Positions 11,908-23,911 of a stretch of 64,000 nt of DNA are shown here, piece by piece. A program made the position numbers and the translations under genes. The notes under the pieces were generated by a model. That model did not search any database, had not been told where the DNA came from, and saw only the letters and a program-made list of their open reading frames with translations. The stretch's first letter is position 1. Every line of letters begins with the position of its first letter. Source of the DNA: Pelomyxa schiedti (taxonomy: Eukaryota > Protista > Evosea); NCBI GenBank assembly GCA_020536535.1, contig JAHLWZ010000711.1, positions 1 through 64,000 on the forward strand, given 5' to 3'.

Positions 11908-12227
11908 AAACTAGGCCCCCGCGTTTTTTCTTTTCGGAACAAGAAGGTGGGGGCCCACAATGGAGTCTGGTAGAGGATTCTTTTTTTTAAATGCAATGAG
12001 AGTGCAGAGCAGTTTTCGAAAGTTTGTTACACACACCTCTGGTAGCCTCCAACAAAACCCTGGGCTTGCTGGAGCGTGATCAGGGTTGTGCAAACAACCG
12101 ATTACAACAAGGCGGATTTATTTTTGATATTCTTATTCGTTTTAAATGGTATGGTTCAATGGTCGAATGGGAAGTACAAGGTTCTATTCTAAAAAAACAA
12201 AATAACAAGGCACTGTTCAAGGTTTTG

Positions 12228-15200
12228 TTATCTTCTGCCTTTTTTTTGTAGTCTTCTGCTCTTTACTGTTTGAGGGGCCTTTCTTGTCCTTGGGCGTTTT
12301 CTGGATGGTGGCTTGAAATCGCTACTGCTGTCATTCCCGTCGGCCTCTGTACTGCTGCTGTCATTGGAGGTGCTGCTGGATGATCCGCTTGAAGAGCGCG
12401 AGGGCTTCCGCCTAACCCGGCTTGTTTGTCGGCGTGGTTTCGTTGCCCTCTTGGTTACGGTGGTAGGGGTATAATCAGAGCTTGAGGTGTTGTCACTTGA
12501 ACTTGAGCTTGCACTTGGTGGGTCACGCCTGGCTTGCTTTCTCCCTCCTCTGGGCTTGCTCTTTGTGGGAGCTTCGCATCTTTTGGGTGCAGGATCCTTT
12601 TTATTGGTGGTACTGGCAGCTCTACTGTGTATAGTTTTGTCTGGAGGATGTTTTCCAACATCACTGTCACTACTGTCACTTTCGCTTCCACTGTTGCTCT
12701 CACTGTCACTTTCGCTTCCACTGTCAGAAATATCTATTCCACTTGAAGACTCACTTTCTGACTCACTGCTATCGGGAGACTCCCCACTAATTGGTGGTGG
12801 CCCATCACATTTTTTGTAAAAGAATATGTAGCCACATTGAGACGCATTTGCCATAACCTGGTCGAGCTGGACCACAGTAGCATAGGCGTCATTGAAGTGG
12901 ACCCACTCGCCTGGAACAATGTCAACACTCAATACTTCAAGCAGGCTTGCCACTCTTACCTGCCGAGTGACAGTAGCACGTGTAGTGCCCTTGGGAAGTT
13001 CCTCGGCCTTCATGTATTATTACCCCACACAGCTCATAAAATGGGAGGCTTGAAGCGGATGTTGCGGGTTCTCCGGGATGAAATCTCGATGTATTCAGTA
13101 TAAACGGGAACTTCACAGCAGTAAATATTTTCCTTTTTGAAGTACGGAGCCATTCGAAGCGTTTGAGAACCACACACATTATCTGGAGAAGGTAAGTGGC
13201 AACCCAATATATGATTCATATTGCCTGTGGGAACTTTTGAATAGCCAGTTGTTTTGTGAATTTGGCTCGCTGCTTGCAGTTGTCACACCGCCACTTATCG
13301 GCGAGTAATTCCTTTTTGTAAAAACTCTTGAAGCACTTGATCAGAGACGATGAGGTGCCCTTGTTGGCTTTAGTGCCACGAGGCTGAACCTTTGTCCTTG
13401 AAGTCCGCCAGTTCTGGTTTGTTGTGGGAATATTCAAGGACAAATCTAAGAAGTGATCCTCCTTGCCTGAGGTGTGGCTGCACCTACTGCATGTAATCTG
13501 GTTAGTGTAAATGTGACTTTGTATCCAAAAAAAGAAAATACAACAAAAAAACTATGAAGGTCGAAATCACAAAAACGAAAATAATAATGAGTTGTACTGT
13601 TGAAATCAATGTGCCATCGAACAAATCAGTGACGGGGTAAGACGTTGATTTGACGTTCTTTGGTAATGCCTTGACAAGTTTTTCATACTCGGTACTAAGT
13701 TGGTCAAACAAATACACCAGAAACTCCTGGGCATCCTGAAGGGTTTATAAGTGGGGGGCAACCAAGAGGGGATACTTGTTGTTTATAGCTTCGGAATCGA
13801 GGAACAAACTTCCAGAGTGATTCCACAAAAGCCATTGGACTAACAACATTCCATTTTCCGGATTTCATGACTCGTAGTAGTTCGTGTAGTTGTTGACTGA
13901 GTGTCCTTGTTTAAAGAATGAGACTTAGGTTTGAGCAAGTGTGATACTTGTTGGATTTATAGTGGTCTCGTACTGACTGGAAACAGTCTACTGTGTCCCT
14001 TCTTACCAGTACGTTTGGAGAGGGATTGTATTTTGTATTTATGAAATAGTGTTGAAATTCGTCCAAGCATCTGGAAGTGGTGATGATACAGAAGGTAGAA
14101 TTGTCGTCATCATACGCTACAGACTGTAAAACACTGTTTATGAAGCACGTATTGCCGAGGTTTCTGAGACCAGTATGACGCGAAAGAACCACTTGGCGGG
14201 GGAGTGCCCGCCTGTTGGAGGATGTTGTTGGTGAAGGAGATATTTCTGGGACTTTTGAGGAGGCCACATGGTGTGGAGGGGTACTGGAACCTGAAACTGA
14301 CGCAGGAGGTGGAGTTTTCTTACGATTCGCAAATACCCTCCAAATAGACAATACTTTATGAAGGAGGCTTCGAGAATAGTGTTTGCGAGAAAGTGCGGTC
14401 TTGTCTTTCAACACAAATCTACACCAAGGTCAGGAACGGAATTTTACTATCAACTTCGTTACTTTTCTTCTGAATGCTGAAACACGGAAACTGTCCTCAA
14501 AAGACTGGGTGAGGCATCATCTGCAACTCTATGATTTTGTAAGGTGACATATAATAACGTATGACAACTTGATGGAACTGGAAGCAACAGCTTGAGTTTT
14601 GGAGAGGGATGATACTAGAGCACCAATAGAAGTGGAGGCTAGTTCCGTGTGTGGCGTGGTACTATTACAGGCGAAGCTGTAAATATTCAAGATAAGAGAC
14701 GTCAATAATTAAGAAATTGTGGAGTGAGGCAACCAGTGGCAATTCCACAGATTGATATTCAGTACCAGAGGGTGCTGCGGATGTAAGAAGAACGAAGGCA
14801 ATCAAAATGCATACAGAAGTTTCCTTGAAGTGTTCGTAGGCATGTCCATTTGGACTAAAGAAAGGAAGTTGGAAAAGACGAAAAAGATATGGTGAAGGGA
14901 GTAGTAACCTCAAACAACAAGAAATTGAGCCACAATCCAAACAGCCACAAATACTATCTGTTGTACGACAACCTTAAAAAAAAAAAAAAGGAAAATTTAA
15001 TGGGGGAGTAAAGCCCAAAAGGAAAAACGAACTTTGACAAAGCCATTTGGACGGGTTCAACAACTTTCGCGTAACAACCTCCAACACGGAGGCACTCTTG
15101 AAGTGCAGGCACGGCGTTGAAGCGGAGCCCGATGTCGTTGTGGTAGTTGTTGTTTCTGTACGTGTGGGTGCGTGCAGGGTTTCCGTCTCCCCTTGTTGAT

Positions 15201-15264
15201 CCTCTAGATCTACATCCACAAGATCTGCCGCTGTGACGGGCGAGTGGTCCGGTGTGTCTACCAT
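12228..15264 (-). CDS. Ubiquitin-specific protease (USP3/USP44/49-like) with N-terminal zf-UBP and Ser/basic low-complexity tail
   Basis: PCLHF...LLNPSKWLCQ / CLDCGSISC...HAYEHF (zf-UBP); Cys box GLRNLGNTCFINSVLQSV; QDAQEFL; His box YELCGVIIHEG...GHYTCYC. Confidence 0.92.
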
Positions 15265-15463
15265 CCAACACGAACGCAGTTGCACAAAAAAGGAAAGGAA
15301 AAATGAAATGAAAACCAAGCGGCAAACATCAGGAAGGAAGGATCTCTGCCAGGGACACAATGATGGTGTTTCTCTCGGCGCAGCACTCACAGTCCGAGGG
15401 TAGCACAGTGTCTCTTGGGGAATCATCAGATCCGAGACAAGTTGGTACCAAGAATTCGGCGAC
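15265..15463. promoter_or_regulatory. Probable bidirectional promoter/5' UTR region between USP and PAF1
   Basis: Head-to-head predicted ATGs about 200 bp apart; no specific promoter element identified. Confidence 0.4.
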
Positions 15464-17884
15464 ATGGAACCGGGCCAGGCAGCGACACCTACCCCACAGA
15501 GCACGGGCTCGGCCCCCGGCACTGGCAGCCCCGATCCCGCGGTGCCAGCGGTAGCCGTTGCGCCCCAACAGCTCCCTCCTACTCCGCAGCCGCAGCCCCA
15601 ACAGCCCGCCGAAGCCGCCGCGGCAGTCGCCACCTCCACCTCCACAACCACTCCCTCTAGTTCCATCATCAGCACCACCACTACAACCACCAGCAGTGCC
15701 TCCACAGCGCAGAGCGCGGCGGCCCCCTCGCCGCCGTCGCTCCCGGCCGCCCCGCCTGCCCCGTCACCTTCGCCATCGCCTCTGCCGCCTCCTGCCCCTA
15801 CATCGACCCCTACCCCCACGCCCACGCCCACGCCCACCGCCGCCCCTGCGACGACAACCACAGCCACGACTACCGCCACCACAACGACGTCAAGCGTGGG
15901 GGATAACGCCACCCCCAGCAGCAGCAGTAGCACCAAGGGCGGGGAGCCCGCTGCCCCACCGCAATCACACCACAGACAGCAGCAGCCACCACCACCACCA
16001 CAACAGCAGGCACACAGCCATCACCATCACCAGGCGCCCCCGGCTCACAAAGGCAGTGGTAGCAGTAGCAGTAGCGGTGGCGGTGGCGGCGGTGGTGTGG
16101 GAGGCACGGGAGGAGAGAGAGGGGAGAGACGTCACAGCCAATCTGCCCACCCCTCCTCCGCCACATTGTCCTCGTCATCGCATAAGGCGTCTTCTTCTGC
16201 TCCGGCGTCGTCTACAGCGACGGCAGCGGCCCCGTCTGTTGGAAAGATTTTACCCGAGTGTGTATCTCTGTATCTTTTATGATGTGTTCTATTTATGCTT
16301 ACTGGATCTAAAAAAAAAAAAAAAAGATCAAAGTTGAACCCTAAGGAAGACTTAATTTGTCCACAGCACTACTTGAACCGTTTGCCGGATTTACCTTTTG
16401 ATCCAAAACGGCTCATTTCCTCTTTTGACCCAAACATGTAATTCTCTATTTAGTTATGCCTTGCTTTTTTTTGTGGATGACAATAGGTTTCAGGTTTGTG
16501 AAATACCACACTACATCCCTAGAGAAAACGTACAAGAGACCCCTCGTGTGTGCACCTGATGTTGGTGTCACCATAGATCTTCTAGATCCGCACTCCTTAT
16601 TAAATGCTCATCTCACATACAGTGTGTGTTGACTGGCTCGTTTACTAGGGTCTAATTTTTACGTTTAGATTCTCCCCTTGACCCTGAAGATGCTGCTATT
16701 TGTCCTCCAGAGTGAGTCTATTTCTACTCCCATCGATACCATATTGGAACGAGATCTGACAATTTGTGCCACAGAACACCGGAAATCGCCCAAGCAAAAC
16801 CCAAAATACCACCTTCCCCTTCTATGATTACTTCTTCTGGAGGGAGTTCTGCAGCCTCGCAAAAATCAAAATCTGCTCCCCACGTAACAGTGGAAGATCA
16901 GTCACGCAGGTTGGTATTTTTTTCCCTTTCTTGTTTTTTTTACATCACTTCAAGGCAACAACCTCAGGCAGAAAAACTGGATCTAGACGCCAAAATAAGG
17001 TAATGACATGGCCAATGGCTACACTAACAAGGATAGAATTATCGATGATACATTCAAAGCCATGGAGAACTTTAATCCAGTACACCCAACTGACCCTCAT
17101 CTCACTGTAGAAGAAGTGTATACCATAGTCCCTACTATCGCAATACCTGGTGTATCGTAAGTATACCTTTTGTTTGAAAACTTATTGTAACACTACTTAG
17201 ATACCAGCAGTTCGTTTTTGATGATGACCCTGCAACTTGTGACCTACCTGAAAACGATGACGAAGCATCCGCGGCAAGAACAATGCTCTCACATTCAGAA
17301 CTCCTAGAGACTGGCAGATTCCCGCTAATGAAGACGTTCACACCCGAAACAGAGTTACCTCCAAGCCAGCAAGTTGGCTACTTAGCACACATGGTACCGG
17401 CAACCAGAACTCAAACAGACCCTGAGGTTATAATCCCCCCCTTTTTTCACACCACTTATTGGTGGCAGGTTGATGAATATTCTTGGGTCAAGGAATATCA
17501 ATGGAAAGTGAAATCAGTTGGAACTGTATTGTCCCTTTTCGTTAAATAACGTTTGGGAAATGCTTAAACACACTCAAAAACCACGCAGAATATAATGATA
17601 TTCGTACTTGGGCCACCACCTCCACCCCTAAACATGGATAAAGTAATGGACCCTCTTATCACAACAGAGCAAATGGATGAGACCCCATTAGTGGTTCAGT
17701 ATCTGGGTCTATCCAAGAAAGTAGAAGTCAGCAAAGTAGCAAGAGTATGTACATACAAATCATCTTTCAAGTAACCAACAACACTCACATTATCCCATGA
17801 TAGACCAACCTGGAGAACTTGAGGCAACACCCTCGGCCAGAGAAAGTTGTGGTTCACCAGTGTAGCATGTCAGGATTCGTCTAG
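15464..17884 (+). CDS. PAF1: RNA polymerase II-associated factor 1 homolog with long Pro/Thr/Gln/His-rich N-terminus
   Basis: After the low-complexity exon: [35 protein letters not shown]...[11 protein letters not shown] and VEEVYTIVP match Paf1 motifs. The 3' end is approximate. Confidence 0.88.
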
Positions 17885-18038
17885 TTTCTCGTAGAACCCG
17901 CCGGGGTTTGATGCCAAACAAACAGAGCGAAACAAAAAAAAATGAAAAGGGAAGAATTGCCCCCAAGATCTGATCTTTCAAAAAACAAACAAACAAACAA
18001 CTGGTGGTTGAAGGGTGATGGGGTGTTGCGAAAGTGAC

Positions 18039-19427
18039 ATGGGAGGTAGTGGCGGTGGTGGGCACTCGTCGTCATCTTCATCATATTCGTTCCATCCTAT
18101 AACAAATCAGTACAAGACTCTCGAAGAAGTGCAAAATGGTGAGTTTTTTGTCTTTGGTTGTTACCCTTTTACTGACCATTTGGTAGCATTGAGGGCGGCA
18201 GGATTGGAGTGCGTTTCTTCCTTTTTTTTGGTTTTTTTCTTTCTTCCTGCAAGAAACTAACTTAGATCCAAAAGGAGTTCTAACCTTGTGCTTGGCATCG
18301 ACTACACTAAGAGTAATGAAGAGACAGGTTCTCCACCCTTTCGATGAAATATGTGGAGTAATCTCCTCCCAGGAAAGAGAAGCTTTGGTGGCCGCTGCTT
18401 GCATTCTTTGCTGCCTGGAGCACTTAACCCCTATCAACAAGTCATCAGTATTGTAGCGAGGACCCTTTCTGCCTTTGATGATGATGGGGTAAGTCTCAAC
18501 TCTATTTTCACTGTGCTTACATGTCATTTTAAAAAAGCTCATCCCTGTAAGTTTTCTGTATTACTGTAAGGTTGGTACACTTGATATACCTTTTATTAGG
18601 TTTACGGGTTTGGAGATCAATCAACTGGTACGTTGAACAGTCGTTGTTCAATTCTCATTCAATAAACAGGTGATCGAGCTGTATTCCCCTTCAATGCAGA
18701 AGAAAAGCCTTGCAATGGCCTCGAGTATGTAGTCTTCCATTTATCACAGATGCTTACCATTAAACTAGTGAAGTACTCCGCAGATATACAGAAATAACTC
18801 CAAAAGTAGTCCTCTACGGCCCAACTTCGTTTGCCCCTCTCATATACAAGACGCTCGAAATTGTGAGAAGGACTAAGCAATATCACATTTTGGTGATGTG
18901 TGTGCCCCAAATTTTAGATTATTTCATTAAATGAAATCACAGTATTGCGGATGGACAAGGTACCCAGTGACTCAAAAACCTCACAGATAGATTCTCACTC
19001 CCTCTCAGTTAACGACAAAGGAGCAACTGCCCGTGCCATTGTTGAGGCTTCAAGATACCCTATGAGCATTGTGATGGTTGGAGTTGGTGATGGCCCGTGG
19101 GAGATTATGAAAGGTTCACCTTTGCCACTTTTTTGAAGTCTAAGAAGAAAGCTAGAGTTTGATGACGGTTTGTCTGCACGAAAGTTTGACAACTTCCAGT
19201 TTGTTCCATTCAATGAAATCATGACCAAGCCCCACGTCGAGAACTACGAAGTAGAATTTGCCATCAATGCACTGACAGAAATTCCTGGTATACTTACCTT
19301 CCCCTATCCAGTTACTTTCTAACCTCTTTTTCCCTTTCCCTTCTACAGAGGTATCTCCCTTTTCCTCTCATCCCTTCCTCACACCACATAGCAATACGCC
19401 GCAATACGGAAATTGCATTATATTTGA
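18039..19427 (+). CDS. Copine/RGLG-like vWA-domain protein without C2 or RING domains
   Basis: MGGSGGGG start (possible myristoylation); [97 protein letters not shown]. Confidence 0.9.
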
Positions 19428-20238
19428 TGTAACAAAAAAAAAACCATCTTATCAAACAGCTGTTTCTCTTTTTTTTTTTTCAGTTGTGAATTAATTTATA
19501 AGTGGTGTGCCTGTTTTGGGGTCCAGGTCTGTGTTTTAATGAGAGGAGGAAGGAGGGGGGAGGGTGTGGCATCATTATAGTTGGTTACACCTCCTCCTTG
19601 TTCCTTCCTCCCTCAAGCACCAGAAAAAAAAAAAAAAAGCTGCCGGTGAGGCCGTAGGCCCCGGATTGGATCTCGCACCCTGTGGGTCATGGAACAAACG
19701 CTCAACACAACTCCGCCACTAGTGCGCCGGCAGAAGCTTACTCGAACCTCCTCAATGGAAACGGGTTTCCTAGCGTTAAAATTATATAAAATAAAAACAA
19801 AAGACAATAACACAAAACACCTTTGAGGAGGCTCGAGCAGAGTAGGATACTGATGCAGTTGCGTAGCTGCCTTGAGCGTCTGTTCTATAAGTATGCAAGC
19901 CTCGGGGAGCCAGTTCGGCGTCACGCCCACCGGTTTTTTTTTTTTAAACTATTTTTAGCTTGAAAACCAGACGCAGAACACCAGGTGGTTTTCATCCTCC
20001 AATTGTGTGATTCGTGCATGCAGTTCTCTGATTTCTTCTTTTTGAAAACACAAAGTGTGTGAGTGAGGTGTGTGCACAAAGTTAACTGGTTTCTACCTTG
20101 TCTCCCATCATTGCTTCTGCTGCTGATGAGGATTCCACCACCTTCTTCAAGAGGTTTGTACACCAAGAGGTGGTGGTGGCATGTGCCACTAGAACACTTG
20201 GAAATTCATTTGGAAACAAGCAAAGGCTTATTTATTGG

Positions 20239-23200
20239 CTACAAAACACCATGGGCAGTCAAATAGTTTGTGGCCAGTTGAAGCACAACACTGGTGTTGC
20301 CTTCAATACACCCAGGGCATACATCAAATCCACAAGGAGTGCAGTGATAAACGCTTGTGAAGGAAGCTCCACTGGATGTACCACAAAGGTCACATGAGTA
20401 GCTGTGTAAAAGGGTAAGTGGGATGTTTGTTGAGTTAGGGTTTTTTTTTTACCCATTACTGTATCCACTGTTCTCTTTGATCATTGCTGATTGTGTTGTG
20501 TCCATCAGAGTGTGTCCCTTTCTGCACACGGCGGTGCTTGGAGCCAGTGCCCGTAGTGCCTCTGTAATCTCTGTTGTTGCCCCCTGGAGGAACCGAAGAA
20601 TGTCCGGTTCATAAGGCTTCCAGTGAACCTGTATTGAACATTAAGTTTTGGTGGGAAAAAGACCCTTGGTTTTGAGGAAAAAGACACGCACGGATTCGTA
20701 TTCATAGGGGTATTTCCTCCTCAGGAAAACGAGTACTAGGGCAGTCATCCACACCACGTGGGAGTCTTTTACACTGGCCAGGCAGGCTGGGATTTCTGGA
20801 ACTGCAAATTTGAGACCGAATTCTTTCTGGGGTGCCATAGGTTGAACGTGAGAAATAGTTGGAAATATAGAAATACTGAGATCGGGTCGGCGTACCATAA
20901 GTTTGAGGCTCGGCTTCCATGAATTATTAGATGGCAATCTTAATTTCATTATATCGGGTGATTTGGGAGCTTTTTGCACAAGTTAGAAGGAGTGTGTTTG
21001 GTTAGTACACTTACGAGGCACATATGTTGTTGCAGAGCTTCTAGAATAATAGGCCTGAGGAGCAGCACAACAGGGCGTGGCGGAATAGCAGGCCATAGAA
21101 TGAGTAGGAGGAGGAGCGCAAGCTCTAATAGCACAACAGCCCATGCTCATGGCATATGCTTGTGGTTGTGGTTGTGCCGCTTGTGCTCGGAGTGCCTGTG
21201 CTCGCGCCGCCTGTACCTGCATTTCCTGCTGGTGTCGCCGTTTCTCCCGCTCAGTTACTAATCATTGTAATAAAAATCATGTTAGTGCACCAAAAAAAAA
21301 AAAGATGTAGTACCTGTTTCAAACTGTATGGGTAGCATGGATGAAGTGGCTGCATCATCCCTGCGCTCAACAGCCACGAAAGAGGTGCAATTAGACAGTA
21401 TGTTGTACCTAAAAAACAGTTATCAATGAATACTGTGAATACCGTTAATACTTGCAGCTTAGTTCTACGGTTTTTCGACGTACTTCTTCACTCGATGGGT
21501 GAGCCCCGTTTGCATGCATGAAACTTCTGCTCTCCTCTAAATCTCTTGATTTTTTTTTTAGCAGCTAGCACTCCCAGTATAGGGTTGGTCATACCTTATT
21601 ACAGAACGAGTGAACATGGAAAAGAGTTGCGCGCCACTCGTTATCTTTTCTGAATCAACATGTACACTGATGGAGATTGGGGTTTTCCCAGCCATTGCGG
21701 TTAGGGTGACATTTGATGAACCCATCTAAAAAAGAAATTATTCTAATAAAGATTGGGGAGGCCAAAACCATTCCAGTAGGAGCATATCCATACACGATAA
21801 TTCTGGAGCCTGAGAAAACAGGTGGCAGGATAAATGGAGTTTGTTCCACATTCAAGGTACCCCAATTGCAAGAAATCTTGGTGTTGTAAGAATGACAGGG
21901 GAATAAAACTTTCATAAACATTCGAGAGAGCTGGTTTGAGGGAGGCTGAGAGTTGTTGCATCACTTGATTACTAAGCCGGGATACATCCTTCACAATATC
22001 GTATTCCCCTTCTCCTGCTTTTGCAATTCCACGAACAAGGGCAATATCAACGGACTGGAGAGGAATAAGGAACGTAAGCAATGGAAATAAAGAAACTCAC
22101 ACTTCCGATACCAAAAGTAAACACGCGAGTGGTCTCTGCGTTTTTACGAACTAAATTGAAACATTCGTCACGGGACTCCACTGCACAATGTGAGTATAAT
22201 AGAATATTTTCCAGAAGAGCAAACCCGCCCCATCTGTGAGGATGAAAAGTTGTCTTGGTACTCCCTCCTGTAACTTTCCCTAAAGCAACTTGAGCCAATG
22301 GACTTGAAAGTCGTTGAGTACCTGAAAAATGTGTTGCAGAGGCTTAACCAAATTAGTCCCACCTACAAAAATTTTTGTACAATAAGCTTAGTGGATTGTG
22401 GAAAAAAGTGTACCCATGTCTGCTTCGATCTCATCAACGTGGTTTAGTGCTGCCTGCATGACTGAATCGCTGTAGGGGGCACTTGATTCAAACATCGCTC
22501 TCCAGTCAGACCCAAACTCAATGATGTTGAAGACAACTGAATGGGGCATACTAAAATGAAAGGTTGAGTGTGTTGGAGGTTGTGCTATAAGGGTACATTC
22601 GTAGAAAGTTCCTGAGGGTCTCTTTGGCTATACACTTTGTTAGATTTTTTCGTAGTTTCCAAACAAACCATTTGCAATGCTCACTCCCTCCATTGAACCA
22701 GAGCAATCTACCAAGAAGATCATTTCAGAGAGCACAGGTCCTTCAATTTGCGGTGAAAAGGTTACCATGACAACTTTTTCTGCACCACTTCCCTGCTGTA
22801 CACTATACATAGGCCTGAAAAAGTGTGAATTGCTATCCAGAAATTTGTCAATGGAACGTACAACTTAGGTTGTGCCGGCGTGATGTATATTTCAAGATCT
22901 TGCAACGATGTGGTATTTGAGAGGGGCTGAAGGGTCGCTAAAGCTGTCAATGGACCAGTGGAGTGAACCTCAAATGTATGGGTTGGAGAAGTTACTCTGT
23001 CAATTCCAGTTGATATCTCTATGACCTGTTATTTTTTTTCTGAGTAAACTTATGTACCTATCTGTGCCTGGAGTGCAAAGTTTGGAAGGATCCCGGGGAT
23101 AGCATCAGCCTTTGGCAACACGATTTTTATCTAGTTATACACTTAGTACCAAGAAAAGAATACGGAATGTGAGGACACCTGCCCATCTTGGGAAACAACA

Positions 23201-23732
23201 GCCTCAGTTATGTACTTGAGATTCAATTTTACAGACTTCCCAGGTGGAAGGTTTCCAATATTAATTGTGAATATCTTCATTTCATCTAGGGGGAAACAAA
23301 AAAATGTCAGTCAGAATAACCCCATCAACCAAGCAAACGACCTTTTTTTGTTTCCTCAAGCAGATAACCACCACCACCAGAGGCAATGGCATCATCATAT
23401 GTATTCCTTGCCTGCTCCTTCTCCATCACCTTTGCGGTAACCACTCTGGAGTCTATTTCCGCAGAGAATCCACACACAGAAGAGTTCTCTTGAATCATAA
23501 ACTCATAGACCGCCTCAACAGGAGCACTCCCATTGTTCACAAAAATCTGGTCACATCGGAACAAAATCAGCAAATTGCTGTCAAACCCAAAAAAAAACCC
23601 ACCAAAACAAAAGGGAGAGACGGCTTTCACCTGTGTAAAAGTGACGCTGAGACTGTAGTCAGTGACCACCAGGTCGTAGTTTACATCGCTGAGTGACACA
23701 CCCGCACCCCTGATACTCCCGCAACGGAACAT
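20239..23732 (-). CDS. VIT + von Willebrand A domain protein (VWA5A-like) with a C-terminal ZZ/DC1-like zinc finger
   Basis: VIT: VEAVYEFMIQENSSVCGFSAEIDSRVVTAKVMEKEQARNTYDDAIASG. vWA: FNIIEFGS, TRVFTFGIG, VRGIAKAGEG. Last exons: CRKGHTL...GYSCDLC...YHCTPCGFDVCPGC. The 3' end may extend to about 19700. Confidence 0.85.
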
Positions 23733-23911
23733 AGTTGTCTTTTCGGTTGTGATAGTTTTTTGGTTCCCAAGTTGGGAGGTCGCATTTTGGTTTTTCGAAA
23801 AGACGTTGAGATTTCGGTTTCTGTTCAGAAAAAGGGGAACGGTGACTGGGTCTGGTGCCTAGAGGCAACAATGGGGTTTTTGTTTGCTTAGTATCCAAAC
23901 ATTGTGTGTGT

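Noticed and set aside
14974-16337. 320-aa minus-strand and 259-aa alternative-frame ORFs
   Set aside because: Shadows of the GC-rich low-complexity PAF1 first exon; only the 14974-15264 part is the real USP start.
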